A stretch of 64,000 bases of DNA from Gammaproteobacteria bacterium (GTDB taxonomy: Bacteria; Pseudomonadota; Gammaproteobacteria; Eutrophobiales; Eutrophobiaceae), in assembly GCA_965222155.1 (NCBI GenBank), contig CBDCTH010000012.1, positions 2,336,001 through 2,400,000 on the forward strand, read 5' to 3'. A model generated the notes under the pieces. The model saw nothing but the letters and a program-made list of their open reading frames with translations. It searched no databases and had not been told where the DNA came from. Of this stretch, positions 46,508-56,784 are shown one piece after another (the stretch's first letter is position 1; the number at the start of each line of letters is the position of its first letter). The position numbers and the translations under genes were made by a program.

Positions 46508-47731
46508 ATGCCGGACAAAAAACAGAAAATATCCGTCGCGGACTTCAGTCTCACCGACCTGCCCGATGATTACTACGAAGACCCCTATCCCTACTATCAC
46601 GCGTTGCGGGAACAGGACCCCATACACCGCTTTGCCAACGGCAGCTACTTCTTCACCCGCCATGCCGACCTGTTCCGCATCTATCGTGACCCGAAACTGT
46701 TCAGCTCCGATAAAAAGAAGATGTTCAAACCGTTGTTCGGGGACACCTTATTATATGAACACCATACGACCAGCCTGGTTTTCAACGATCCGCCGCTGCA
46801 TACCCACGTGCGCAAGGCAATCGGCGGCGCCCTGTCACAAAAAACCCTGGTTGCCATGGAACCGGGCCTGCGTAAGTTTACCGCGGGATTACTGGACCGG
46901 ATCGAAGACAAGGGAGAGTTCGACGCGATGGCTGATTTCGCTACCCTCATCCCCGTTGAGGTGATCGGCAACCTGTTGCGCCTCCCCCATGAGGATCGCG
47001 GGATTTTGCAGCGCTGGGCAAACGCCATACTGGGTGCGCTGGAATTCGACCTGTCAAAAGAAAAACTGGATTACGGGAATCGATGTGTAAGGGAATTCCT
47101 GGATTATCTCGCCGAACTTGTGGAAGACCGCCGGAAAAACCTTTCCGATGATCACGACGATATATTAAGCCGGTTGATAAAATGGGAATCCGACGGCTTT
47201 GTATTATCCGATAAACAACTTTATCACCAGTGTATTTTCATACTGAATGCCGGCCATGAAACGACCACGAATCTCATAGGCCACAGTATCTATTGTTTAC
47301 TTTCCCACCCGGATCAGTTGCAACTGCTGAAAGAGAAGCCTGAATTAACCGATTCCGCCATCGAAGAGATACTGAGATATGAGGCTCCGGTACAACTCGG
47401 CAACAGGGCAACCACCGACGCGGTGCAATTCGATGACGTCAGCATACCGGCCGGGACGACATTGACCTTCGCCATCGGCGCGGCAAACCGGGACCCCGCC
47501 GTGTACCCCGAACCCGACCGGCTGGACATTACCCGCAATCCCCGCAACCACATGGCCTTCGCCGGCGGGATACACACCTGCGCCGGCCTCAACGTGGCGC
47601 GACTGGAAGCGCGCATTGCCGTCCCGGCGCTGCTCAACCGCTTCCCCGACCTGACCCTGACCGGCAAACCGGTACGGGACAAACGCGCCCGTTTCAGGGG
47701 ACTCCTGTCATTGCCCATGTCTATTCGCTGA
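46508..47731 (+). CDS. Cytochrome P450
   Basis: DPPLH, AGHETT, EEILR, FAGGIHTCAG heme Cys. Confidence 0.95.
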   Translation: MPDKKQKISVADFSLTDLPDDYYEDPYPYYHALREQDPIHRFANGSYFFTRHADLFRIYRDPKLFSSDKKKMFKPLFGDTLLYEHHTTSLVFNDPPLHTHVRKAIGGALSQKTLVAMEPGLRKFTAGLLDRIEDKGEFDAMADFATLIPVEVIGNLLRLPHEDRGILQRWANAILGALEFDLSKEKLDYGNRCVREFLDYLAELVEDRRKNLSDDHDDILSRLIKWESDGFVLSDKQLYHQCIFILNAGHETTTNLIGHSIYCLLSHPDQLQLLKEKPELTDSAIEEILRYEAPVQLGNRATTDAVQFDDVSIPAGTTLTFAIGAANRDPAVYPEPDRLDITRNPRNHMAFAGGIHTCAGLNVARLEARIAVPALLNRFPDLTLTGKPVRDKRARFRGLLSLPMSIR

Positions 47732-47755
47732 TCTGACCCTACCGAGTGCTCCGAC

Positions 47756-47921
47756 TGTCATTTCTGCGCCTCCCGTCGTCATTCCTGCGCCTCCCGTCGT
47801 CATTTGCGAAAGCAGGAATCCATCTTGTCGTCATTCTGGCGGATGCCAGAATCCAGTAGATAACTTATTCCTTATTATAAGGATAATTTAATAACTGGAT
47901 TCCGGCATTCGCCGGAATGAC
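47756..47921. repeat. 21-bp tandem REP half-sites followed by REP hairpins and a REP doublet
   Basis: GTCATT(T/C)CTGCGCCTCCCGTC x2, then GTCATTCTGGCGGATGCCAGAATCCAG ... CTGGATTCCGGC...GGAATGAC. Confidence 0.8.
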
Positions 47922-48023
47922 GGTAACTCTGGATTTCCATCCTTTGGTCCGTAAACGGCACATCCCCCTGCTTACTACATACAGGGGCAGGCTTTGTGTC
48001 TGGATACCGACTGGGGACAGATT

Positions 48024-48494
48024 TTAAATCTGTCCCCTTTGAACACTTAATTTCTCCAGTAACACTTCCAGTTGCGCTTGTTCCTGCTCTGCCAAAGCGG
48101 CCTTCAACTCCGCCTCATAAGACAACGCCAGTGGAACGATTTGCGAGTACATAGCGTAACCCGCCTCAGACAAACGTAAAATTGATCGACGCCGGTCCAG
48201 TCCGGAAAAATCACGATCGAGCAAGCCTTTGTCCAGTAACTTCGTCACCGCCCGGCTGACCGGGACCTTGTCCATTTCAGTCTCACTGGAGACTTCATCG
48301 GCAGACAACCCCGGCTGCTGGCCCAGCACGGCCATCACTCGCCACTCGGGAATACTCAAGTTGAATTTCTCCGAGTAAAGCCTGGCGAAGGACGCGCTGA
48401 TCCTGTTAGTGACAACGGACAGTTGATACGGCAGAAACTTCTTTAAATCCAGCGTCGGGTTCTGCTTACTCATTTTGTTTAATGCTCCAGACAT
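48024..48494 (-). CDS. MarR family regulator of the homogentisate cluster
   Basis: FLPYQLSV, LSIPEWRVMAVL, MDKVPVSRAV, DRRRSILRLS; directly downstream of hmgA. Confidence 0.9.
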   Translation of the reverse strand: MSGALNKMSKQNPTLDLKKFLPYQLSVVTNRISASFARLYSEKFNLSIPEWRVMAVLGQQPGLSADEVSSETEMDKVPVSRAVTKLLDKGLLDRDFSGLDRRRSILRLSEAGYAMYSQIVPLALSYEAELKAALAEQEQAQLEVLLEKLSVQRGQI

Positions 48495-48506
48495 GCAACA
48501 CGCCGC

Positions 48507-49841
48507 TCAGGGCTTGAAGTGTCTGTTAAGCCTCTGCCAGCTTTCGATATAATTTTTCTGGCGTTGCGCCGCGTCCAGGGCGAACCTGGTTGGATGGATC
48601 ACATAACGGGACTCGAACATGAAGGCCATGGTCGCCTCCTGTTTAACCGGCGCCAGTTTCACATTGGACGAGCCTTTAAAGGCCAACTCGTCCGGACCAT
48701 GAGCGGACATGCAGTTGTGCAGGCTGGCGCCGCCCGGCACGAAGCCTTCCGGCTTGGCGTCGTACACGCCGTAGATCAACCCCATGAACTCACTCATGAC
48801 GTTGCGGTGATACCAGGGCGCCCGGAAGGTGTCTTCAGCCACCATCCAGCGCGGAGGGAAAATCACAAAGTCCACGTTAGCCGTACCCGGCGTATCGGAG
48901 GGAGAGGTCAACACCGTAAAGACAGACGGGTCAGGATGGTCATAACTGACCGTATTGATCACGTTGAACTGCTCAAGCTGATATTTATAAGGCACGGAGT
49001 TACCCACCCAGGCCACCACGTCCAGGGGGGAATGGTCCATCGCACAGGCGTGCAGGTTGCCGACAAACTTGCAGACCAGTTCAAACTCGCCCTGTTTGTC
49101 CTCGTATGCCGCAACGGGCGCCCTGAAGTCGCGATCATTGGCGAAGCCATCGGAACCCACGGGTCCGCGTTCCGGCAGGCGGAACTGCGCGCCGTAGTTT
49201 TCACAGACATAGCCGCGACTGGGTCCATCGGGCAGCGCCACGGAAAATTTCATTCCTCGTGGTATCAAGACCACCTCGCCGGGTTGCACGTCAAGCCGGC
49301 CGCATTCCGTATGGATGTCCAGCCGGCCCTGTTGCGGCACGATCAACAGCTCACCATCCGCGTCGTAGAAATAGCGGTCCGTCATGGAGCGGTTCGCCAG
49401 GTAATAATGAATACCGCAACCGACTTGCGTAGCCGCGTTGCCGTTGGCGGCAAATGTCACCAGGCCGTCAATGAAATCAGCGGATGTGTCCGGTATGGGG
49501 ATGGGGTCCCAGCGCATCTGGTTGGGCGGTGTCGCTACGTCGGTGATGGGACCGTTCACGATACGCGACTGCTCGACAGGACGAAAATCGCCATGGGTCA
49601 CCGACGGCCGGATGCGGTAAAACCAGGTACGCCGGTTCGTCTCACGCGGGGCGGTGAAAGCGGTACTGCTTAACTTCTCCGCATACAACCCATAAGCCAC
49701 TTTCTGCGGAGAAAACCTGCCTTGCGGCAAAGCCCCCGCCAGCGCCTCGGATTCATGCTCATTGCCAAACCCGGTCAGGTATTCATAAACCTCGCCGGCT
49801 ACCGGAATATCGGCTACCCCTGGGTTGATAACTGTTGCCAT
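48507..49841 (-). CDS. hmgA: Homogentisate 1,2-dioxygenase
   Basis: [45 protein letters not shown]; start corrected to 49841. Confidence 0.96.
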   Translation of the reverse strand: MATVINPGVADIPVAGEVYEYLTGFGNEHESEALAGALPQGRFSPQKVAYGLYAEKLSSTAFTAPRETNRRTWFYRIRPSVTHGDFRPVEQSRIVNGPITDVATPPNQMRWDPIPIPDTSADFIDGLVTFAANGNAATQVGCGIHYYLANRSMTDRYFYDADGELLIVPQQGRLDIHTECGRLDVQPGEVVLIPRGMKFSVALPDGPSRGYVCENYGAQFRLPERGPVGSDGFANDRDFRAPVAAYEDKQGEFELVCKFVGNLHACAMDHSPLDVVAWVGNSVPYKYQLEQFNVINTVSYDHPDPSVFTVLTSPSDTPGTANVDFVIFPPRWMVAEDTFRAPWYHRNVMSEFMGLIYGVYDAKPEGFVPGGASLHNCMSAHGPDELAFKGSSNVKLAPVKQEATMAFMFESRYVIHPTRFALDAAQRQKNYIESWQRLNRHFKP

Positions 49842-49876
49842 GATGAATCTCCTGCTTGACTTATCAAAACATAGTA

Positions 49877-49894
49877 TAGTTACAAATGTAACTA
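49877..49894. promoter_or_regulatory. Palindromic operator TAGTTACAAATGTAACTA in the hmgA/kynU divergent promoter
   Basis: Identical copy at 59815-59832; MarR gene in the cluster. Confidence 0.85.
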
Positions 49895-49913
49895 ATTGCA
49901 AAGAGACCCGTAC

Positions 49914-50032
49914 ATGACACAAATCTCTCATCAGAAAACACAAAACAGCCTGGCCGCAGCCCGACAATTAGATCAGGCAGATGAACTGGCCGCGTTCCGT
50001 TCCGAATTCACCCTCCCGACCAATGCCGAAGG
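49914..50032 (+). pseudogene. Duplicated 5' fragment of kynU
   Basis: [30 protein letters not shown] vs [30 protein letters not shown] in the intact gene. Confidence 0.85.
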
Positions 50033-50036
50033 AATA

Positions 50037-50088
50037 AAATTCAGGACACCCATGAAATTCAGGACACCCATGAAATTCAGGACACTCA
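50037..50088. repeat. ~3 x 18-bp tandem repeat AAATTCAGGACACCCATG
   Basis: Read directly; truncates the kynU fragment. Confidence 0.9.
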
Positions 50089-50201
50089 CAAAATACCGGG
50101 AAGCTTAGGTAATGATCAGGGTATCATTTCCCTATCTGTCTCCAAGACAACCCCAGATACAACACCCGGGACAAGAGCCAAACCAACAGAGAAATCCACG
50201 T

Positions 50202-51497
50202 ATGACACGATTCGATTTCACCAGCCGACATAACAGCCTGGCCGCGGCCCGTCAGTTCGATCAGGCAGATGAATTGGCCGCGTTCCGCTCCGAATTCACC
50301 TTTCCGACCAATGCCCAAGGCGAACCCCTGCTGTACTTCGCCGGCCACTCGCTGGGCCTCATGCCCAATCGCGCCCGGGAGGCGCTGCAAGAGGAGTGCG
50401 ATGCCTGGGGAAAATATGCTGTTAAAGGACACTTCGAAACCGAGCGCCCCTGGGTACGCTGCCATTCCTACGTCGCCGACAGCCTGGCGCGCATTACTGG
50501 CGCCAAGCCGACCGAAGTGGTGGCGATGAATACCCTCACCGTCAACCTGCACCTGATGATGGTCAGCTTCTACCGCCCGACGAAAACGCGCTACAAGATC
50601 ATAATCGAAAAAAACGCCTTCCCTTCGGACCAGTACGCGGTCGACTCGCAGGCCCTGTTCCATGGGTTCGACCCGGCAGACGCCATCGTCGAACTGGAAC
50701 CCAAACCGGGGCAACTGGCCATTGCCGACGAAGACGTACTTGAACAGATTGCAGCAGTGGGTGATGAACTTGCTCTGGTCATGATAGGCAACTGCAACTA
50801 TCTCTCCGGCCAGTGCTTCGATATGCAGGCTATTACCGAACTGGGTCATAAGATGGGCGCCATGGTCGGCTTCAACCTGGCCCACGGCGCCGGCAATATC
50901 CTGCTGAACCTGCATGACTGCGACGTCGACTTTGCCGTGTGGTGTTGTTACAAATTTCTCAATGCCGGCCCCGGCGGCATGGCCGCGGCCTTTGTCCACG
51001 AACGCCACCACGGCGCTGACGACATCCCGCGCTTTGAAGGCTGGTGGGGCACTAAAGAACAGGACCGCTTCAAGATGCGCCGCAAGATAGACCGTATCCC
51101 CAGCGCGGAAGCGTGGGCAATGTCCAACTCCCCGGTCTTTCAAATGGCCGCACTGCGCGCCAGTATGGAATTATTTGATGCGGCCACCATGCCCAGGCTG
51201 CGCGAGAAAAGCAACGGACTCACTGCATACCTGGAATGGTTATTGATGGAAAACGCCGGCGATTTCGTCGAGGTCATGACGCCTACCCATTCACCGGAAA
51301 AACAAACCCGCGGTTGTACCTTGTCCCTGCGCTTCAAGAAAGACCCCAAGGGCATGCTGCAAGCCCTCTCCGACAAAGGCGCCATCACCGATTTCAGGGA
51401 ACCCGATATTATCCGCGTAGCCCCCATCCCCCTGTATAACAGCTACGAGGATGTATTCCGTTTCAGTGAGATCGTCGCGGAGTTTTGCGGAAATTAA
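50202..51497 (+). CDS. kynU: Kynureninase
   Basis: YFAGHSLGLMP, MNTLTVNLHLMM, AFPSDQYA, DFAVWCCYKFLNAGPG, IRVAPIPLYN. Confidence 0.95.
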   Translation: MTRFDFTSRHNSLAAARQFDQADELAAFRSEFTFPTNAQGEPLLYFAGHSLGLMPNRAREALQEECDAWGKYAVKGHFETERPWVRCHSYVADSLARITGAKPTEVVAMNTLTVNLHLMMVSFYRPTKTRYKIIIEKNAFPSDQYAVDSQALFHGFDPADAIVELEPKPGQLAIADEDVLEQIAAVGDELALVMIGNCNYLSGQCFDMQAITELGHKMGAMVGFNLAHGAGNILLNLHDCDVDFAVWCCYKFLNAGPGGMAAAFVHERHHGADDIPRFEGWWGTKEQDRFKMRRKIDRIPSAEAWAMSNSPVFQMAALRASMELFDAATMPRLREKSNGLTAYLEWLLMENAGDFVEVMTPTHSPEKQTRGCTLSLRFKKDPKGMLQALSDKGAITDFREPDIIRVAPIPLYNSYEDVFRFSEIVAEFCGN

Positions 51498-51595
51498 CTT
51501 GCATCATATATATCCTGTCCCCAACCGTTAATCAGTCTGTCATACGTTGATGATTAAGTAACCCGTCTTTCTGGCGAATGCCAGAATCCAGTTAA

Positions 51596-51720
51596 GGAAA
51601 CTCTGACAAGTCCATCCAGGACTTGTCAGAGTACGGAAAACAAAATCAATGCCTCATCGGCATTGATTTTGACGATTCATCCTTGTATCGTAGGATACCT
51701 CTGACTTAATCAGAGGTTCC
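51596..51720. mobile_element. MITE-B (125 bp), IS5-like ends, TTAA duplication
   Basis: TIRs GGAAACTCTGA / TCAGAGGTTCC, TTAA on both sides; ends resemble the IS5 at 56882-59773. Confidence 0.8.
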
Positions 51721-51727
51721 TTAACTA

Positions 51728-52498
51728 GTCGTCCCTGAATAACCCCAAAAGCTACTCTAACCTATTGATTATATTTATGTAACCTGCATTTTTTCCTGGA
51801 CTGATATGGCCGGATTTGGTATCATGGACCTTCATTTTCTGGCAATATCGGAGATAAAAATGACCCCCGGACACGCTGACACGCATCCTTCATCAGACCT
51901 GTTCCGCGAACAGTTGGATACTATGCTCAACCCACGCCACGAATTGTATCGGTTAGCCGACCTGGTGGACGGGTCGGTGTTTGATCCGGGCAGCCCGTAT
52001 GACGGCCACACCTTGAAGAAAGCCCTGGCACAGGTACGGCGCTTGACCGGGATGAGTAGTGACGAGGCGTTTGTAGACCGGGGTTATCGGGGGCATGATG
52101 AAACCGAGTCCACGGTGTACATCTCCGGGCAGAAGCGCGGTATTAAGACACAGCGGTTAAAACGTTCCCTCAAACGCCGCCAGGCAATTGAACCGGTCAT
52201 CGGTCATTTGAAAGCCGATGGGCTGTTAGGGCGCAATCACCTGACAGGGACAGAAGGTGACCCGTTGAATGTGCTGTTGAGTTGTGCCGGCCACAACCTG
52301 CGCCTTATCCTGAGGCGACTCAGGTTTTTTTGTCTCAACAAAAAGATACTTATACTGGCTTGGCTACGCTGGTTGGCTGTCGCAGAGCGTCTGTTCGTCT
52401 GTCAGGCGCCGGCACGCTGTTGAGCCACAAGCCTGTCTGGCTGCCGCCCCTACCGGTCCCCTCAATGCCAACCTGAAACAGGGTTTTTCAGGGTCGAC
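51728..52498 (+). mobile_element. IS5-family element, internally deleted
   Basis: TIRs GTCGTCCCTGAA / TTCAGGGTCGAC; ORF joins N-terminus directly to PYDGHTL...DRGYRGH...RRQAIEPVIGHLK; compare full copy 56897-58494. Confidence 0.9.
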
Positions 52499-52504
52499 TA
52501 TCTA

Positions 52505-52616
52505 GACCCTATGTTTGAACTTGCTTGCAAGTTCAAACAAGAAGTCTTTTGTTTTAGCCAATAACTGTTCCAAAAAAATCCTTTTGGAACAGTTGGTTGC
52601 AAGTCAAAACATAACA
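52505..52616. mobile_element. MITE-C-like ~110 bp element with hairpins
   Basis: Imperfect TIRs TATGTTTGAACTTGC / GCAAGTCAAAACATA plus an internal palindrome. Confidence 0.5.
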
Positions 52617-52943
52617 GCCCGCATTTCTCACCAGTTCGCTTGTTGTCATCGGATAGTTGTTTGCTGTCAATACGATATGATAATCTGCTCACTATATCAA
52701 CATAACAGACTGCACATAACAGACTGCGCTTGATGCGCCCTCGCTTGTCTTTTTGCCGCCAGCGGGCACGTGCTCCCTCAACCAGAACTACGGCTATGCT
52801 TTCGGTCGCAGGCACCCGCTGGCGGCACAAATCTGCCCGGAGCAGATTTGGACGTCCGCAGGACGCCCGCAGGGTGTGCGCCATGGAAGGCGCACATCAA
52901 AAATCCGCAGCGATCATCGCATCACTTGGTGAGAAATCCGGGC
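52617..52943. mobile_element. MITE-A copy 7 (opposite orientation, one nested insert)
   Basis: TIRs GCCCGCATTTCTCACCAG / TTGGTGAGAAATCCGGGC; core is the reverse complement of copies 1-6. Confidence 0.9.
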
Positions 52944-52946
52944 TAG

Positions 52947-54554
52947 CAGTCTGTCGGACTTAGGGCCTGAATGAGGTATAATACATAGTCTGTGTTTGTG
53001 ATTATATCCACCGTTCTATAGAGTCCACGCCGATGCAAAACTTTGTTCAAGGTGATCGCAATCAACCGTATCTACTACCGCCGGATTTACGCGAGTGGCT
53101 GCCGGAGGACGATTTGGCGCATTTTGTGGTAGCGGCGGTGGAGCGGGTGCCGTTGAGTCATTTTCGGGTGAACGTGCGGGGCACGGGGTCGGCGCACTAT
53201 CACCCGCGTGTGCTGCTGGCGTTACTGATTTATTGTTATGCGAAGGGTATGTTTTCCTCGCGCCGGATTGAGCGGGCGACGTATCGGGATATAGGGGTCC
53301 GTGACGTGACGGCAAACACGCATCCGGACCACGACACGATGTGCAAGTTTCGGCGCGAGCACCTGGCGGCGGTGCATACGAGTTTTGTGCAGGTATTATT
53401 GCTGGCGAAGGAATTGAAGCTGTTGCGGGTGGGTCGGGTAAGTGTGGACGGGACGAAGATGCAGGCGAATGCGAGCCGTCGGCGCAGTATTCGCTATGAC
53501 CGGGCGGTGGCGTTGCGCGAGCAGTTGCGTGGTGAGGTGAAGGACTTGCTGGCCAACGCGGAGCGGGCGGACAGGGCGGCCAGGTCGGACCCGCAGCAGT
53601 TACCTGAGGGGTTGGCCCGGCGGCAGCGGTTGGAGTCACAGTTGGATGCGGCGTGTGAACGTCTGGAGCGGCAGGCCAAGGCGCAAGCGCACGCGGCGCA
53701 GGCCGAGTATGAACGCAAGGTAGCGGCGCGTGATACGCGTCAGGGGCGGGCGAAGGGGCGTCATAGTCAGCCGCCTGATGACACCCCGGCGCCGACGGCG
53801 CAGACGAACCTGACGGAGGCGGACAGTGGGCTGATGCGCAAGCACAAACGGAGTGACTACCAGCAGGCGTACACTGCGCAGGCGGTGGTGGATGCGGACG
53901 GCAGTCAGTGGGTGTTGGGGACGCGGGTGAGTCAATGTGCCAGTGACCGACGGGAGTTGGTGGCGGACGTGGAGGCGGTGGGCACGCCGGCTGAAGTGTT
54001 GGCGGACAACGGCTATGCGACGGAGGCGGAGGTGGAGGAGTTGACCGACCGGGGCATGGAGGTGTTGGTGGCGGTCGGCACGGGTGACCGGCGCCGGCAG
54101 CATGACTTTCGCCCGGAGAGTGCGGATACGCAGCCGAAAGAACCGACCACGCCCTGGTGGGTGGCGATGCAGGCGAAGCTGGCGCAGGCGGAACACCGGG
54201 CCAGCTATCGAGTGCGTAAGCAGACCGTGGAGCCGGTGTTCGGGATTATGAAACACGCCATGGGGTTTCGGCACTTTCTGTTACGCGGCCATGCCAAGGT
54301 AACGGGCGAGTGGCAGTTATTGGCCCTGGCGTACAATTGTAAGCGCTTACATAACCTGCGGTTGGCCTGAGGGGTCGTAGGCGGAGTTATAGCCGGCTGT
54401 TGGGGAGCGCCGTGCTACCGGAGCAGGCCCGAAAGACACACAATACACCAAACCGGGCACGAATGATGCGCTGCAGCACGAACATCCTCAAACAGACGAA
54501 AGACTGAGATGACAGTCTGCAAAGATAATTTCTGCACCCAAGTCCGACAGACTG
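52947..54554 (+). mobile_element. IS1182-family insertion sequence, CTAG duplication
   Basis: Perfect TIRs CAGTCTGTCGGACTT / AAGTCCGACAGACTG flanked by CTAG. Confidence 0.9.
53033..54370 (+). CDS. IS1182-family transposase
   Basis: LPEDDLAHFV, FSSRRIE, PDHDT, VDGTK, ADNGY, RKQTVEPVFG. Confidence 0.92.
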   Translation: MQNFVQGDRNQPYLLPPDLREWLPEDDLAHFVVAAVERVPLSHFRVNVRGTGSAHYHPRVLLALLIYCYAKGMFSSRRIERATYRDIGVRDVTANTHPDHDTMCKFRREHLAAVHTSFVQVLLLAKELKLLRVGRVSVDGTKMQANASRRRSIRYDRAVALREQLRGEVKDLLANAERADRAARSDPQQLPEGLARRQRLESQLDAACERLERQAKAQAHAAQAEYERKVAARDTRQGRAKGRHSQPPDDTPAPTAQTNLTEADSGLMRKHKRSDYQQAYTAQAVVDADGSQWVLGTRVSQCASDRRELVADVEAVGTPAEVLADNGYATEAEVEELTDRGMEVLVAVGTGDRRRQHDFRPESADTQPKEPTTPWWVAMQAKLAQAEHRASYRVRKQTVEPVFGIMKHAMGFRHFLLRGHAKVTGEWQLLALAYNCKRLHNLRLA

Positions 54555-54709
54555 CTAGGCTCAGAGTTATGAGAAGTTTATGACTTTTTGGATGAATTGG
54601 CACTTATTTGAGCAAGAAAATAAAAAAGATGGCCAGAGTATTGGCCAATAATGACGGCGATAAACAAAGTTGTTATTTAATTTGTACCTATATAGTGAGG
54701 AGCTTCGTC

Positions 54710-55825
54710 ATGCCAAATGTCTTCTGCGTTTCTGACTACAACCAAAACTCCCTGGTGATCGTGGATGTGTCTAATATGACTCATAAAACAACAGTTCAAG
54801 TTGGGTCAAAGCCTTACCCGGTCGACTTGATTAGTCCGAACTTGGTCTTGGTTTCGACTCGAGGACTACGTAGTATTCAACCGGTAGATGTAAGAGCGGG
54901 AACCGCTTTATCACCGGTAGCCATTCCACACAAGCCACGCAGTACTACATCCCACCCACGAAAAAATATGGCCTTGATTGGCGGAGCTGATAAAGCCCTG
55001 ACCACAGTTCTTGATACTTCGACTTTCAAGCCCATAGTCTCAGTAGGAACAGGTAATACCTTCCCACGCCGAAACTCCTCGCGCCGAGACTTCGGTGGAG
55101 ATATGGCTTGCGGTCACCCAGCGTGGGGACCTGAGGACACGATCCTGCATCTTGATAGAATCGACCGGCGTATAGACCTGTACGATCTGAACAACAAGCT
55201 AATTTCTTGGGTGAATACCCCCACTTCTGCACATCATATGATTTTTATAGATGGCGATGGCTACTTGGCCCTCTGCGAAGGAAACCCAGTATCGCGTATT
55301 AATCCTTCGGTATTAAAGTTTCATATATCGAAAAAAGGCATCACTATTGATGCTCACACTTTTCTTCCAATTCCTCTAATTCACGCATCACAAACCGGAG
55401 GGCACCATCTCACTTACGATCGTAATCGTAATTTCGTTTACGTAGGCACTAATGAGGGCAGGATGTTCACGTTATCTGCATCAGACTTATCCCCAATTAA
55501 TGTAGTTGATACAGGACCGGGTTGTGGGCATGTAACCATTTGTCCGCAAATGAATCTTGCAGTAGCTACAAACCATACAGGCATTTCGATGACAGTTATT
55601 GATCTCAATTCGGGCAGAGTTGCCGGAAGTATTGGTGTCTCACAACCAGCCGTTGGCAATCAGAAAACCCAAGGCCACACGTCTAAATGGTTCGCAAACT
55701 CATCCCGCTTGGTGTCCACTGCTGCACAAGATGGTTTGATTCTTGAGATAGACCCATCAGCGCGGAAGGTTACGCGTAGTTTTGCAGTCGGCAGCGCCTA
55801 TCTTATTCAAGGGTGCTTTGTCTAG
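54710..55825 (+). CDS. YVTN/YncE-like beta-propeller protein, His-rich, no signal peptide
   Basis: Repeated blade motifs (VQVGSKPYPV, VDTGPGCGHV); ATG 54710 after GAGGAG; AT-richer than flanks. Confidence 0.7.
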   Translation: MPNVFCVSDYNQNSLVIVDVSNMTHKTTVQVGSKPYPVDLISPNLVLVSTRGLRSIQPVDVRAGTALSPVAIPHKPRSTTSHPRKNMALIGGADKALTTVLDTSTFKPIVSVGTGNTFPRRNSSRRDFGGDMACGHPAWGPEDTILHLDRIDRRIDLYDLNNKLISWVNTPTSAHHMIFIDGDGYLALCEGNPVSRINPSVLKFHISKKGITIDAHTFLPIPLIHASQTGGHHLTYDRNRNFVYVGTNEGRMFTLSASDLSPINVVDTGPGCGHVTICPQMNLAVATNHTGISMTVIDLNSGRVAGSIGVSQPAVGNQKTQGHTSKWFANSSRLVSTAAQDGLILEIDPSARKVTRSFAVGSAYLIQGCFV

Positions 55826-55843
55826 GCAAGCAACAAATTACAG

Positions 55844-56116
55844 ATGACGATACTACAGAAAATTCGTCAAAAGATAATCGAACGTAAATACTACCTGTCT
55901 TCTCATGCCGAAGAAGAAATGCTGGATGACAACTTGGAGCGCAAAGACATTGAAAATGCTATGCTTAAGGGGCAAATTCAAAAGAGAATGACAAAGGATA
56001 TACGCGGAACAAGATATCGTGTGGAGGGCCCTGCCTTAGATGGGAGGCTGATTCATGTCCTATGCAGGTTTAGAGAGGATTCCCATCTCGTTATTATTAC
56101 TGTATATACATCATAA
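55844..56116 (+). CDS. DUF4258 family protein (putative RelE/BrnT-like toxin)
   Basis: SSHAEEEM, GTRYRVEG, IHVLC, IITVY. Confidence 0.8.
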   Translation: MTILQKIRQKIIERKYYLSSHAEEEMLDDNLERKDIENAMLKGQIQKRMTKDIRGTRYRVEGPALDGRLIHVLCRFREDSHLVIITVYTS

Positions 56117-56125
56117 GGTGAAATC

Positions 56126-56356
56126 ATGTTATGTGAAATGTGTCGCGGGGAAACAAAAAAAAAGAAAGTAAAACGGCAACATTGGTTAAATGGCCGGCTT
56201 TACATCATAGAAGACGTAGAAGCAGAGGTGTGCAAGGAATGTGGTGAACGGTACTTCCACGCAAAATCGCTGGATGCTATTGATGCTTACCTTGCGGACA
56301 ACCATGTGGTAAAAGCAATGCTGAATGTTGAGGTTGTCAGTATTGGTATAGGATGA
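56126..56356 (+). CDS. YgiT-type zinc-finger protein (MqsA-like putative antitoxin)
   Basis: CEMC...VEAEVCKECGERYF; follows the DUF4258 gene. Confidence 0.82.
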   Translation: MLCEMCRGETKKKKVKRQHWLNGRLYIIEDVEAEVCKECGERYFHAKSLDAIDAYLADNHVVKAMLNVEVVSIGIG

Positions 56357-56464
56357 GGTGGCCCACATTTGGTTCGCTGTGCTTGTTGCCTGCCTGGTTC
56401 TGGGGCTTTTTCTTAAAAAGAACAGCGTAGTTGAAAGAGGTCCAGCCGGGCCTTTGGCTAGTTA

Positions 56465-56784
56465 GTCGTTCCTGAAAAACCCTGTTTCAATCCGCCATTG
56501 AGGTCGCCGGCCACCATGATAAGCAATTTGAGTTGCCCCACAAACGTAGCCACGCCCACAGGCGTGTCCCTTTTTCGAGACAAAAAAGCCTGGTCCTGAG
56601 GCGACTCAGGTTTTTTTGTCTCAACAAAAGGACACTTATACTGGCTTGGCTACGCTGGTTGGCTGTCGCAGAGCGTCTGTTCGTCTGTCAGGCGCCGGCA
56701 CGCTGTTGGGCCACAAGCCTGTCTGGCTGCCGCCCCTACCGGTCCCCTCAATGCCAACCTGAAACAGGGTTTTTCAGGGTCGAC
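56465..56784. mobile_element. IS5-family relic made of two inverted right ends
   Basis: 56465-56591 is the reverse complement of a right end; 56593-56784 is near-identical to 52308-52498. Confidence 0.8.
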
